Shown here in pieces: positions 30,068-39,113 of a stretch of DNA of 64,000 nt. How positions within the stretch are numbered: the first letter of the stretch is position 1; every line of letters starts with the position of its first letter. Made by a program: the position numbers and the translations under genes. A model generated the notes under the pieces. That model was given only the letters and a program-made list of their open reading frames with translations, did not search any database and had not been told where the DNA came from. Source of the stretch: Bacteroidota bacterium (GTDB lineage Bacteria > Bacteroidota > Bacteroidia > AKYH767-A > JAHEYN01); contig CANFOZ010000002.1 in assembly GCA_947448795.1 (NCBI GenBank), positions 29,642 to 93,641 of the forward strand, read 5' to 3'.

Positions 30068-31198
30068 ATGCATTTTTCGCTTCAAGCAACCGACCCTCAA
30101 AGCAAAGCCCGTGCCGGCGAACTGCAAACCGATCACGGCACTATTCAAACGCCGATCTTTATGCCTGTGGGTACCGCCGGCACAGTAAAAAGCGTGCATC
30201 AAAGAGAGCTCCGCGAAGACATCAAAGCGCAGATAATCCTCGGTAATACCTACCATCTGTTTTTGCGGCCGGGTATGGATATCCTGCAAAATGCCGGTGG
30301 TCTCCATCGTTTCATCAGCTGGGATGGCCCTATACTAACCGACAGCGGAGGCTACCAGGTTTACTCCCTATCCGACAATCGTAAAATCAACGAGGAAGGT
30401 GTTGCCTTTCGATCCCATATCGATGGATCCAAGCAGTTCTTCACCCCCGAGTCAATCATGGATATACAGCGCAAAATAGGTGCCGATATAATCATGGCCT
30501 TCGACGAATGTACTCCTTATCCTTGCGAATACAACTATGCGCGCCGATCCATGGACCTCACGCATCGTTGGCTCAAACGATGCATCGAACGCTTTGATGC
30601 TACGGAAGGAATGTACAGTCATACACAGGCGCTTTTTCCAATCATTCAGGGTAGCGTTTATAAAGATCTGCGTCAGCGCTCGGCTGAATTTGTCGCTTCG
30701 CAAAATCGCTTCGGAAACGCCATCGGTGGCCTTTCCGTTGGTGAACCCGCCGATATGATGTATGGCATGACCGAAGAGGTGTGTGCTTTCTTACCTTGGG
30801 AAAAACCGCGCTACCTTATGGGTGTCGGTACGCCTGTAAATATCCTTGAATCAATCGCACTCGGTATCGATATGTTCGACTGTGTGATGCCTACCCGCAA
30901 TGCTCGAAACGGTATGCTTTTTACCCGAAACGGCATCCTCAATATGCGCAACGAGAAGTGGAAAGACGATCACTCGCCAATGGATGCTGGTGGACCTTCT
31001 TTCGTTGATGAACAATACTCAAAAGCGTATCTTCGTCACCTCTTTATCTCCAAAGAAATGCTCGCCTGCCAGATTGCTACGCATCACAACTTGACCTTCT
31101 ATCTATGGCTTGTTGGCGAAGCGCGAAAACACATCATCGAAGGCACCTTTAAACCCTGGAAAGACAAGATGGTAGTTCAGTTAGCGCAGCGCCTCTAA
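30068..31198 (+). CDS. tgt: Queuine tRNA-ribosyltransferase (tRNA-guanine transglycosylase).
   Basis: HGTIQTPIFMPVGTAGTVK and LTDSGGYQV. A Zn site is implied by FDCVMPTRNARNG. Confidence 0.9.
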   Translation: MHFSLQATDPQSKARAGELQTDHGTIQTPIFMPVGTAGTVKSVHQRELREDIKAQIILGNTYHLFLRPGMDILQNAGGLHRFISWDGPILTDSGGYQVYSLSDNRKINEEGVAFRSHIDGSKQFFTPESIMDIQRKIGADIIMAFDECTPYPCEYNYARRSMDLTHRWLKRCIERFDATEGMYSHTQALFPIIQGSVYKDLRQRSAEFVASQNRFGNAIGGLSVGEPADMMYGMTEEVCAFLPWEKPRYLMGVGTPVNILESIALGIDMFDCVMPTRNARNGMLFTRNGILNMRNEKWKDDHSPMDAGGPSFVDEQYSKAYLRHLFISKEMLACQIATHHNLTFYLWLVGEARKHIIEGTFKPWKDKMVVQLAQRL

Positions 31199-32275
31199 AT
31201 GAAAATCCTTGATAAATACATCATTAAAAAGTTCTTGGGGACATTCTTTTTTTCCCTTGCACTGATATTGTCTGTGGTGGTCGTTTGGGACATCACCGAA
31301 AAGCTCGAGGATTTTATCCAAAAACAAGCGCCAATAAAAGCTATCGTTTTTGATTATTATTTCAATTTCGTCCCTTATTTTGCGAGCCTGCTCGCCCCCC
31401 TTTTTATTTTTATTGCGGTCATCTACTTCACAGCTCGACTTGCTAATGATACCGAAATCGTCGCCATACTCTGTAGCGGTGTAAGCTTCCGTCGATTTCT
31501 GATGCCATACCTCGTTTCAGCAACCTTGCTGGCCTCGCTGTCTTTCTACTTTCAAGGATGGGTTATTCCGCACTCCAACAAGGTGCGCCTCGAATTCGAA
31601 AACATCTATATCCGAAATAAATTCGTTTTCTCCGGCCGCAATATCCATCGTCAAATTAGTCCTGGTGAGTTCTTTTACATGGAGAGCTACAACAACCTGC
31701 AGAACATGGGCTATCGCTTTTCGTATGAAAAGTTTACTGAAGGTCGACTTGTTTTTAAGCTCGCTTCTGAGCGTATCGGCTGGGATAGCATTGCGCATCA
31801 ATGGGTCTTGGATAACTATAGCATCCGTACCTTTCACGACAGCACAGAGACGTTCGTAAAAGGAGTGAAGATGGATTCCACCTTTGCCTTCAGCCCGGAG
31901 GATTTTTCTAAAAGGATAGAAAATATCGAGACGATGGATAGCGGCGAACTGGATGCCTTCATCGATCGCGAAGCTGCGCGTGGGTCGGAAAATATCGATT
32001 TCTATAAGGTAGAGAAATACGGCCGATACGCCAATCCGTTCGCAACCTTCATCTTAACCATCATTGGCGTTTCGCTCGCAAGCCGTAAAGTTCGCGGTGG
32101 CATAGGCATGCAAATCGTGCTCGGACTCGTACTTAGTTTCACCTACATTTTTATGATGCAGATATCCAACACATTCGCACTCTATGGCGGTTTGCCAGTG
32201 AGTATAGCCGTATGGATTCCGAACTTGGTTTATGCAGTTATCGCACTGGTCTTGCTAGGAAAAGCGCCGAAATAA
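31199..32275 (+). CDS. LptF/LptG-family LPS export permease (YjgP/YjgQ).
   Basis: 358 aa with an N-terminal MKILDKYIIKKF start typical of LptF/G. It has 3 TM helices, a periplasmic domain and 3 more TM helices. It starts immediately after the tgt stop. Confidence 0.8.
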   Translation: MKILDKYIIKKFLGTFFFSLALILSVVVVWDITEKLEDFIQKQAPIKAIVFDYYFNFVPYFASLLAPLFIFIAVIYFTARLANDTEIVAILCSGVSFRRFLMPYLVSATLLASLSFYFQGWVIPHSNKVRLEFENIYIRNKFVFSGRNIHRQISPGEFFYMESYNNLQNMGYRFSYEKFTEGRLVFKLASERIGWDSIAHQWVLDNYSIRTFHDSTETFVKGVKMDSTFAFSPEDFSKRIENIETMDSGELDAFIDREAARGSENIDFYKVEKYGRYANPFATFILTIIGVSLASRKVRGGIGMQIVLGLVLSFTYIFMMQISNTFALYGGLPVSIAVWIPNLVYAVIALVLLGKAPK

Positions 32276-32276
32276 A

Positions 32277-33308
32277 CTAAGCCGATTCTCCGCGACTGCG
32301 GTGTATCAGAAAAATAGAACTGCCAAACAACAGAAAGGCAAAGGCCTGATGCAGAACGCCCAACCAAACCGGTACGGCCAATAACAAGGTTGTGATGCCG
32401 AAAATAATTTGAAGCGTCAGCACGCCAAGCACTAGGTGGCTTGCCTGAAGAACAGGTGCGTTTTTTGTCTTGCGGGCCTGTATGTAAAGATAGACAGCAA
32501 GCCCACTTAAAACATAAGCAAGGCATCTGTGTATGAACTGCACGCCAGCTAAGTTTTCTGCGAAGTTTTTCCAAAAAGGATCCATCGCTGTAACCGCTTC
32601 TGCCATGAAGGATCCTTCCATCAAAGGCCAGGTGTTATAGATGCGTCCAGCATGCAAGCCAGCAACAAATGCGCCGTATAAGATTTGCAAAACAACACCT
32701 ACAAAGAAAAACAAGGCCAATTGTGCTATGCGTGCTTCGCCCTTGCTTTTGGTAGTCTTAATCGTGCTTTTCTGATAATGGTCGAGCGCCACCCAGAACG
32801 TGAATCCGAACGTGAAGAAGGCGGTCAGGAGATGTGCTGCCAAACGATAATGACTTACCCGCGGATTATCTACTAAGCCGCTCTTTACCATAAGCCATCC
32901 CAATAATCCTTGTAGTCCGCCAAGACCTAAAATTAAAACGGAACGAATAAGCAGTTGCCTATCGAACCATTTTTTAAATAAAAAATAACCGAAAGGAAGT
33001 ATGAATACCAGGCCAATCATCCGGCCAATCAAGCGGTGTAGGTATTCCCAAAAAAATATGGCTTTGAATCCGCTTAGGTCCATGTCGAAATTCACTTTCT
33101 GAAACTGAGGCGAGGATTGGTACTTGACAAAAGTGTCTTGCCATTGCACATCATTCATAGGAGGCAAGGTGCCCATAATAACATTCCACTCCGTTATGGA
33201 TAGCCCCGATCCCGTCAGCCGCGTGATGCCTCCGATGATAACCATTGAAAAGATCAACACACATCCGGCAATCAACCAGGCGAAAATGAGCTTGTTCTTA
33301 CTTTCCAT
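32277..33308 (-). CDS. ctaA: Heme A synthase (COX15/CtaA).
   Basis: Eight TM helices with conserved His residues in the TM helices (HRLIGRMIG, HLLTAF, HRCLAY). Confidence 0.8.
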   Translation of the reverse strand: MESKNKLIFAWLIAGCVLIFSMVIIGGITRLTGSGLSITEWNVIMGTLPPMNDVQWQDTFVKYQSSPQFQKVNFDMDLSGFKAIFFWEYLHRLIGRMIGLVFILPFGYFLFKKWFDRQLLIRSVLILGLGGLQGLLGWLMVKSGLVDNPRVSHYRLAAHLLTAFFTFGFTFWVALDHYQKSTIKTTKSKGEARIAQLALFFFVGVVLQILYGAFVAGLHAGRIYNTWPLMEGSFMAEAVTAMDPFWKNFAENLAGVQFIHRCLAYVLSGLAVYLYIQARKTKNAPVLQASHLVLGVLTLQIIFGITTLLLAVPVWLGVLHQAFAFLLFGSSIFLIHRSRGESA

Positions 33309-33422
33309 TCGGCAAAGTTAGGAAGCGTTTTAACGCTATGCAATTCCAATGCGATTACCTGAATAAGTCTTTGTTCGATGATGTTGGGATTGCTTACTTT
33401 TGTATGGTAAAAAAGGCCCATC

Positions 33423-35867
33423 ATGAAGATATCCTACAATTGGTTGTTGAATTACCTAGATGCTGCTATAGCTCCAGAAAAAATAGCGGAAGTGCTTACT
33501 GCTTGTGGACTTGAAGTGGAAGGAACCACCGTAGTTGAAGCGGTTCAAGGCGGTTTAAAAGGCATCGTGGTAGGTGAGGTAATGACCTGCGAGCGTCATC
33601 CGAATGCCGATAAACTTTCGCTAACAACCGTTAATGTTGGTGGTGCGGAGCTGCTTAAAATTGTCTGCGGTGCTCCCAATGTGGCTGCTGGACAGAAAGT
33701 GCTCGTTGCTACTGTCGGTGCTACCATGTATCCAGCAAATGGGGAATCTTTTGAAATAAAAAAATCAAAAATACGCGGCGAGGCCTCCGAAGGCATGCTC
33801 TGCGCTGAAGATGAATTAGGCCTCGGCGAATCGCATGCCGGTATCATGGTCCTTGATGCTGCTGCTGCTGTAGGCACTCCCGCTGCTGAATATTTGAAGC
33901 TAAAATCGGATGTGGTGTTTGAGGTTGGACTGACGCCTAACCGCGTCGATGCGGCCTCCCATATTGGTGTGGCCCGCGACTTAGTAGCTGCCATGAATGC
34001 TCGCAATACCGCCCGCATCGCTTTGAAAATGCCTGACCTCATGGCTTTCAAAACAGCTGATATGGCTTCTCCAATTGCCGTTCATGTTGTCAATGCCGAT
34101 GCCTGCCCACGTTATAGTGGAATTCTGGTAAGCGGCGTGACCGTTAAAGATTCTCCCGATTGGCTGCAACAGTCTTTACGGGCGATCGGCGTAAAGCCGA
34201 TCAATAACATTGTAGACATTACCAATTTCGTGCTGCACGAATGCGGTCAACCGCTGCATGCCTTCGATGCATCAGCCATCCGAGAGCATAAAATAGCCGT
34301 CAGCCGTCTTGCTGATGGTACAAAATTTACGACCCTCGATGGTGTGGAAAGAACACTCACGGCGCAGGATCTTATGATTTGCAGTGATGAAAAAGGCAGC
34401 CTCCGTCCACTCTGCCTTGCCGGTGTTTTCGGTGGTCAAGCTTCGGGCGTGAGTGCTAATACAACCAGTGTGTTCATTGAAAGTGCTTATTTCGCGCCAT
34501 CGGGTATACGCCGTTCTTCCAAATACCATGCTCTTAAAACCGATGCGGCTTTCCGCTACGAGCGTGGTGCCGATCCCGAAATAACGCTCTTTGCTTTGAA
34601 ACGCGCCGCGATGCTCATGCAAGAGCTAGCGGGTGGTCGTTTAGAATCGAATCTCTCCGATCATTATCCAGTGCAGGTGATGCCTGCTCAGGTGAATTTT
34701 TCCTTGGCTCGCTTTAACGCGCTATGTGGCACGCAAATAGACGAACATAAAGCCAAAACAATACTCGCCGATCTTGCTATTAAGGTAGATGAAAAGGCCG
34801 TCGATCAATGGCTACTTGAGGTTCCTGCTTTTAAACCCGATGTGTGTCGCGAAGCCGATGTGGCCGAAGAAATCCTGCGCATCGTTGGATACGATCAAAT
34901 ACCATTAAGTGATCGCCTCCGCGCTCCCGTGCTCGTTGCGCCTCGCCCTGATCGTGAAAAATGGATGCACACCCTTGCCGATCAATTAGCCTCTTCCGGA
35001 TTCCTCGAAATAATGACCAACTCGCTGCGTAAAGAACAGCATGAGCATGCGGTTAGATTGCTAAATCCCCTTAGCGAAGAATTGGCTTACATGCGCACCT
35101 CTTTGCTTTTCGGTGGATTGGATGCCATCGCCTACAACCAAAATCGCCGCAATGCCGATCTCCGTTTCTTTGAATTTGGTCGTGTCTATGCTAAAAATGA
35201 CGAGAGTCAAGGCAATAAAGGTCCTGCCGGCTTTCTTGAACAGCAGCGCCTTTCAATCTTTATGACAGGCAGAAAAGAGTCCGAGGGTTGGAACGCTTCT
35301 TCGGATAAAGTTGACTTTTTTCTGCTTAAAGGATATGTCGAAAATCTCTTTGTCCGCTTAGGTTGTCAAAACGAAGTGCAAGCTAAAACCATCGACAGCG
35401 AGCACTTCGCAGAAGCCATCGGATATTTTGTAGGTAAAAAAGAGATAGCTACCATCGGACGCCTCAAACTCGCTGTGCTTAAACAACACGACATTCAATC
35501 GGAAGTGTTCTTCGCCGATATCCGCGTCGATAACCTGTTGTCGATGGCCGGTCGCAAGGATGTGATCTATACCGAAATAACTAAGTTTCCAGAGGTGCGT
35601 CGCGATTTATCGCTCGAGCTGGATCGCGCTGTAAGCTATGCCGATTTGGAGAAACTGTCTTTTGAAACAGAACGAAAGCTACTTAAGAAAGTAAATCTTT
35701 TCGATGTATATCAAGGGGAGAAAATCGCCCAAGACAAGAAATCCTATGCCCTCAGCTTTACTTTGTTAGACGATACACGAACGCTCACCGATAAGGATGT
35801 CGAAAAAGTCATGGCTAAGCTCATGGCGGCTTTCGAATCGCGCCTTGGTGCCTCTTTGCGTAAATAA
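33423..35867 (+). CDS. pheT: Phenylalanine--tRNA ligase beta subunit.
   Basis: 814 aa. Contains tRNA-binding, B3/B4, B5 and C-terminal FDX-ACB domains. MKISYNWLLNYLD is the canonical PheT N-terminus. Confidence 0.9.
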   Translation: MKISYNWLLNYLDAAIAPEKIAEVLTACGLEVEGTTVVEAVQGGLKGIVVGEVMTCERHPNADKLSLTTVNVGGAELLKIVCGAPNVAAGQKVLVATVGATMYPANGESFEIKKSKIRGEASEGMLCAEDELGLGESHAGIMVLDAAAAVGTPAAEYLKLKSDVVFEVGLTPNRVDAASHIGVARDLVAAMNARNTARIALKMPDLMAFKTADMASPIAVHVVNADACPRYSGILVSGVTVKDSPDWLQQSLRAIGVKPINNIVDITNFVLHECGQPLHAFDASAIREHKIAVSRLADGTKFTTLDGVERTLTAQDLMICSDEKGSLRPLCLAGVFGGQASGVSANTTSVFIESAYFAPSGIRRSSKYHALKTDAAFRYERGADPEITLFALKRAAMLMQELAGGRLESNLSDHYPVQVMPAQVNFSLARFNALCGTQIDEHKAKTILADLAIKVDEKAVDQWLLEVPAFKPDVCREADVAEEILRIVGYDQIPLSDRLRAPVLVAPRPDREKWMHTLADQLASSGFLEIMTNSLRKEQHEHAVRLLNPLSEELAYMRTSLLFGGLDAIAYNQNRRNADLRFFEFGRVYAKNDESQGNKGPAGFLEQQRLSIFMTGRKESEGWNASSDKVDFFLLKGYVENLFVRLGCQNEVQAKTIDSEHFAEAIGYFVGKKEIATIGRLKLAVLKQHDIQSEVFFADIRVDNLLSMAGRKDVIYTEITKFPEVRRDLSLELDRAVSYADLEKLSFETERKLLKKVNLFDVYQGEKIAQDKKSYALSFTLLDDTRTLTDKDVEKVMAKLMAAFESRLGASLRK

Positions 35868-35895
35868 ATTCGTATCTTTAATTCGATTGATTGCC

Positions 35896-36270
35896 ATGAA
35901 AAGAGCGCTGCTGATTTTACTCGCTGCACTGTTTCTCTCCACTAGTTCGGGAGTCAGCTTCTATTTGCATTACTGTGGAAAGTCGCTTGATGGAATCAGC
36001 TTAGTAGGAAAGTCGTCTTGCTCTTGCGAGAATGGTAATCAAACTTCCGATTGCTGCCGCGACAAGGTGCATCACATTAAAATAAAGGACCGCTTCGTGG
36101 CAGGTCATCGCCTAGGGCCTAAGTTTTTTCAACAGCGTGTTCTTGTCGCCATGTGTGCTTCTTCAACGCAGGCTCCTATATCGTTTCAGGACTTTCGTCG
36201 AGGATGCTTTGTCTACCGTTTCTGCAATCCACCTAACCGTATAAAAGCGCCTGTTGTGCTGCGTACCTAA
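35896..36270 (+). CDS. Small secreted Cys-rich protein with ordered HYC / CC / PP motifs (HYC_CC_PP-like family).
   Basis: The internal ATG at 35896 gives a 124-aa product with signal peptide MKRALLILLAALFLSTSSGVSF. It is followed by HYCGK, SCSC, DCC and NPPN. The listed 157-aa ORF starts inside pheT, so the shorter start is preferred. Confidence 0.5.
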   Translation: MKRALLILLAALFLSTSSGVSFYLHYCGKSLDGISLVGKSSCSCENGNQTSDCCRDKVHHIKIKDRFVAGHRLGPKFFQQRVLVAMCASSTQAPISFQDFRRGCFVYRFCNPPNRIKAPVVLRT

Positions 36271-36329
36271 TCGGATATTTTTCCATTAGGTCTTATTTTT
36301 TTACGAACAGGTTTCTTTTAGGTTTATTA

Positions 36330-38516
36330 ATGAAAGCACTTTTCTTGGCTTTGATGTTTTGTGCAGCGCAGCAACTGTTTGCGCAGCAAATTTCAGGTTC
36401 GGTTTTTGAAAAAAACCAATCCGAAAAAGAGATTCCCTTGCCCGGTGCAAATGTGTATTGGATCAATACAATCATAGCCACTGTCACGAATGCAGAAGGG
36501 CATTTTGTGTTAAATGGCAAGGATATCCAGGATCCGCGCATCGTTATTAGCTTCACCGGGTATCGCAGCGATACGCTACTTGTAAAGGAAGGGAAAGAAG
36601 TGCGTGTCTTGTTGCAAAATGCGGTATCTCTGAAGGAGGTACAGGTCGTGCAGGATATCTCGCATGCCGCCGACCCATTAAAAATGGAGCAGCTATCATC
36701 ACTTGATCTGAAAAAAGCGGCATGCTGTAATCTTGGTGAAAGCTTTGAATCCAATGCCACGGTTGATGTTACTTACAAGGACGCCGTATCCGGCAGCAAG
36801 GAAATTCAAGTGCTCGGTCTTTCTGGCTCATACACGCAACTGCTAACCGAAAATGCGCCGCTCCTGCAAGGCATCGGTTTAACCTACGGACTCAATAGCA
36901 TTCCGGGTACCCTCATCGATGCCATCAGTGTGGTGAAGGGCCCTGGATCTGTGATTCTAGGTCATCAAAGCATGAGCGGAATGGTGAATGTCGATCTGAA
37001 AGATCCTTTGCGCTCCGATCGGTTTTTCGTTAATCTCTTCCGTGATCAAAATCAACGCAGCGAAGCCAATATTGATCTCGCACACCCCTTTAGCCCGCAC
37101 CTTGGCGCGCTGTTGGCAATTCATGCCGATATGTCACCAATGAAAATGGACCAGAATCGCGACGGTGTCCTGGATATGCCCTTGACCAGCAACATAAGCC
37201 TGCTCAATAAATGGAAATACATAAACAAAGGGTGGATCTCGCAAAACTCCTTTCGCTACATGTCGGAAGAGCGCGCTGGTGGCTCGATTTATGCAATCGA
37301 TGGACGTGCAGATTCTGTCACCTATTTTCAGCAATTGTCAACACATAGAATGGAATTCTACGGTCGAACCGGATATGTAATCCCAGGTGAAAAATACAAC
37401 AGCATCGGTTTTCAATACGGACTTGTTTCACACCTCCAGCAAGGCTTTTATGGATTGACAAACTATACCGGCGAACAGCGCGTAGCTGATTTTCGATTAA
37501 TACACGATATCGCTTGGAGTGCTTCAAATACCTTAAACTCAGGAATAAGTTTTCGACATCTGCTATCAAACGAAAATTTTGGAAAACTAAGCGTCGATAA
37601 AGAAGAAAATGTACCCGGCGCATTTCTTGAAAACACCTACCTCATCGACAAACGTTTTTCGCTCGTTACCGGCCTTCGTGCTGACCTCTTTCAAGAAAGG
37701 ATTTTTATTACGCCTCGGGCCAATGCCAAATGGGCTTTGAATACTACAACAGAGCTGCGTGTAAATGCGGGCACCGGCTGGCGTACTACCGATATCCTCG
37801 CCGAGAATCCGTCCCTATTAGCGAGCCGCAGAACAATAGTATTGCGGTCGAATCTGCGTCCCGAACAAGCCTTGAATCTTGGTGTGAATTTTACCAAACG
37901 CTTTGTGCTTGATTACCGAAAGGGTTCCTTTGAAATAGACGCTTACCGAACCCTTTTCTCCAACAAAATCATTCCGAATTTTGAAAGTGATTCCACCTCC
38001 CGTTTGGTGATTTTTGATAACCTAAAAGAAAAAGCTTTCTCCGACAATATTCAGGTGGAGCTAGCGTATGAAGTTTTTAAAAATTTCCATGTTAAAACGG
38101 CTTATAAATTCCTGCATGTTTACCAGCTTATCAATAGTAAACCGCAAGAACTCTGCTTCATCGCAAAGAATCGTTTTTTCTTGAATTTGTTTTATGAAAG
38201 TTTTAATAGAAAATGGACCTGCAATGCAACGCTGCAGGGCTATGGACGCAAGCGATTGCCTTCTACACTCAATAATCCAATAGCATACCGCATGGATTTG
38301 TATTCGCCTGCATACTCAACCGTCAATGCCCAAATTAATCGTGTCTATAAGAAAATAGAGCTTTACCTTGGTTGCGAAAATATCTTCGACTACCGCCAAA
38401 GCAAAGCACTAATCGATCCTGAACATCCCTACGGCGCTTGGTTTGACACCTCTTTTATCTGGGGGCCACTCGAAGGGCGTAAAGTATATCTTGGTCTTCG
38501 TTATAAAATTAAATAA
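36330..38516 (+). CDS. TonB-dependent outer-membrane receptor with an N-terminal carboxypeptidase-regulatory-like domain.
   Basis: Signal peptide, a CarbopepD_reg-like beta-sandwich (ISGSVFE...GANVYW...TNAEGHFVL), a plug region, and a long Asn/Tyr/Gly-rich barrel. Confidence 0.8.
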   Translation: MKALFLALMFCAAQQLFAQQISGSVFEKNQSEKEIPLPGANVYWINTIIATVTNAEGHFVLNGKDIQDPRIVISFTGYRSDTLLVKEGKEVRVLLQNAVSLKEVQVVQDISHAADPLKMEQLSSLDLKKAACCNLGESFESNATVDVTYKDAVSGSKEIQVLGLSGSYTQLLTENAPLLQGIGLTYGLNSIPGTLIDAISVVKGPGSVILGHQSMSGMVNVDLKDPLRSDRFFVNLFRDQNQRSEANIDLAHPFSPHLGALLAIHADMSPMKMDQNRDGVLDMPLTSNISLLNKWKYINKGWISQNSFRYMSEERAGGSIYAIDGRADSVTYFQQLSTHRMEFYGRTGYVIPGEKYNSIGFQYGLVSHLQQGFYGLTNYTGEQRVADFRLIHDIAWSASNTLNSGISFRHLLSNENFGKLSVDKEENVPGAFLENTYLIDKRFSLVTGLRADLFQERIFITPRANAKWALNTTTELRVNAGTGWRTTDILAENPSLLASRRTIVLRSNLRPEQALNLGVNFTKRFVLDYRKGSFEIDAYRTLFSNKIIPNFESDSTSRLVIFDNLKEKAFSDNIQVELAYEVFKNFHVKTAYKFLHVYQLINSKPQELCFIAKNRFFLNLFYESFNRKWTCNATLQGYGRKRLPSTLNNPIAYRMDLYSPAYSTVNAQINRVYKKIELYLGCENIFDYRQSKALIDPEHPYGAWFDTSFIWGPLEGRKVYLGLRYKIK

Positions 38517-38523
38517 GTACACT

Positions 38524-39111
38524 ATGAAAAACATACTCTTCGTGCTAATCCTTTTATGCGCAAAACTTGCATCGGCGCAAACAGCGTCTAACAAAGTTGA
38601 ATCCTTCGCTGTGGCCGGTAATTGTGGGCAATGCAAGGAGCGCATTGAAAAGACCACCCTCAAAGTTCATGGTGTTAGTGCAGCTACTTGGGAAGAAGCC
38701 ACACAAGTATTGACTGTGAATTTTGATACCCTTATCACAAGTATTGATAAGATTGAACTAGCTATCGCTAAGGTGGGGCACGACACCCCGAAGTACAGGG
38801 CGCAAGACACTAAATACAACACATTGCCTACCTGCTGCTTGTACCCGCGCGAGGCATCATCCACAGGTATTCAAACTGCTCGGTTTACGATCACGGGCAT
38901 GACCTGCGCTGAAGGTTGTGCAAAAGGAATCGAAGGAGCGCTTTACAAACAGAAAGGTGTAAAGTCAAGCGAGGTGAATTTTAATTCACAGATAGCTACC
39001 GTTGTTTTTGATTCCGAAAAAATAAGTAAAGCCGACTTGATTCGTGTAATAGAATCCTTTAACCCAGGAGAAAATGGGGATAGGCACTATCGCGCAGAAG
39101 AGCTAAAATAA
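38524..39111 (+). CDS. Secreted protein with two heavy-metal-associated (HMA)-like domains.
   Basis: Start at the internal ATG 38524 (MKNILFVLILLCAKLASAQ, a signal peptide). Domain 1 has GNCGQC (CxxC). Domain 2 has ITGMTCAEGCAKGIEGAL (a GMTC motif with an atypical CxxxC). Confidence 0.65.
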   Translation: MKNILFVLILLCAKLASAQTASNKVESFAVAGNCGQCKERIEKTTLKVHGVSAATWEEATQVLTVNFDTLITSIDKIELAIAKVGHDTPKYRAQDTKYNTLPTCCLYPREASSTGIQTARFTITGMTCAEGCAKGIEGALYKQKGVKSSEVNFNSQIATVVFDSEKISKADLIRVIESFNPGENGDRHYRAEELK

Positions 39112-39113
39112 AA

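Noticed and set aside
33596-34622. Minus-strand ORFs (151, 62 and 116 aa) inside pheT.
   Set aside because: They are antisense shadow ORFs in a GC-richer gene, with no motifs.
35797-35895. The N-terminal extension of the listed 157-aa ORF, overlapping the pheT 3' end.
   Set aside because: The internal ATG at 35896 yields a canonical signal peptide. The upstream extension would overlap pheT by 70 nt.
38443-38523. The N-terminal extension of the listed 222-aa HMA ORF, overlapping the TonB-receptor 3' end.
   Set aside because: The ATG at 38524 gives a proper signal peptide (MKNILFVLILLCAKLASAQ), and the extension overlaps the receptor gene.
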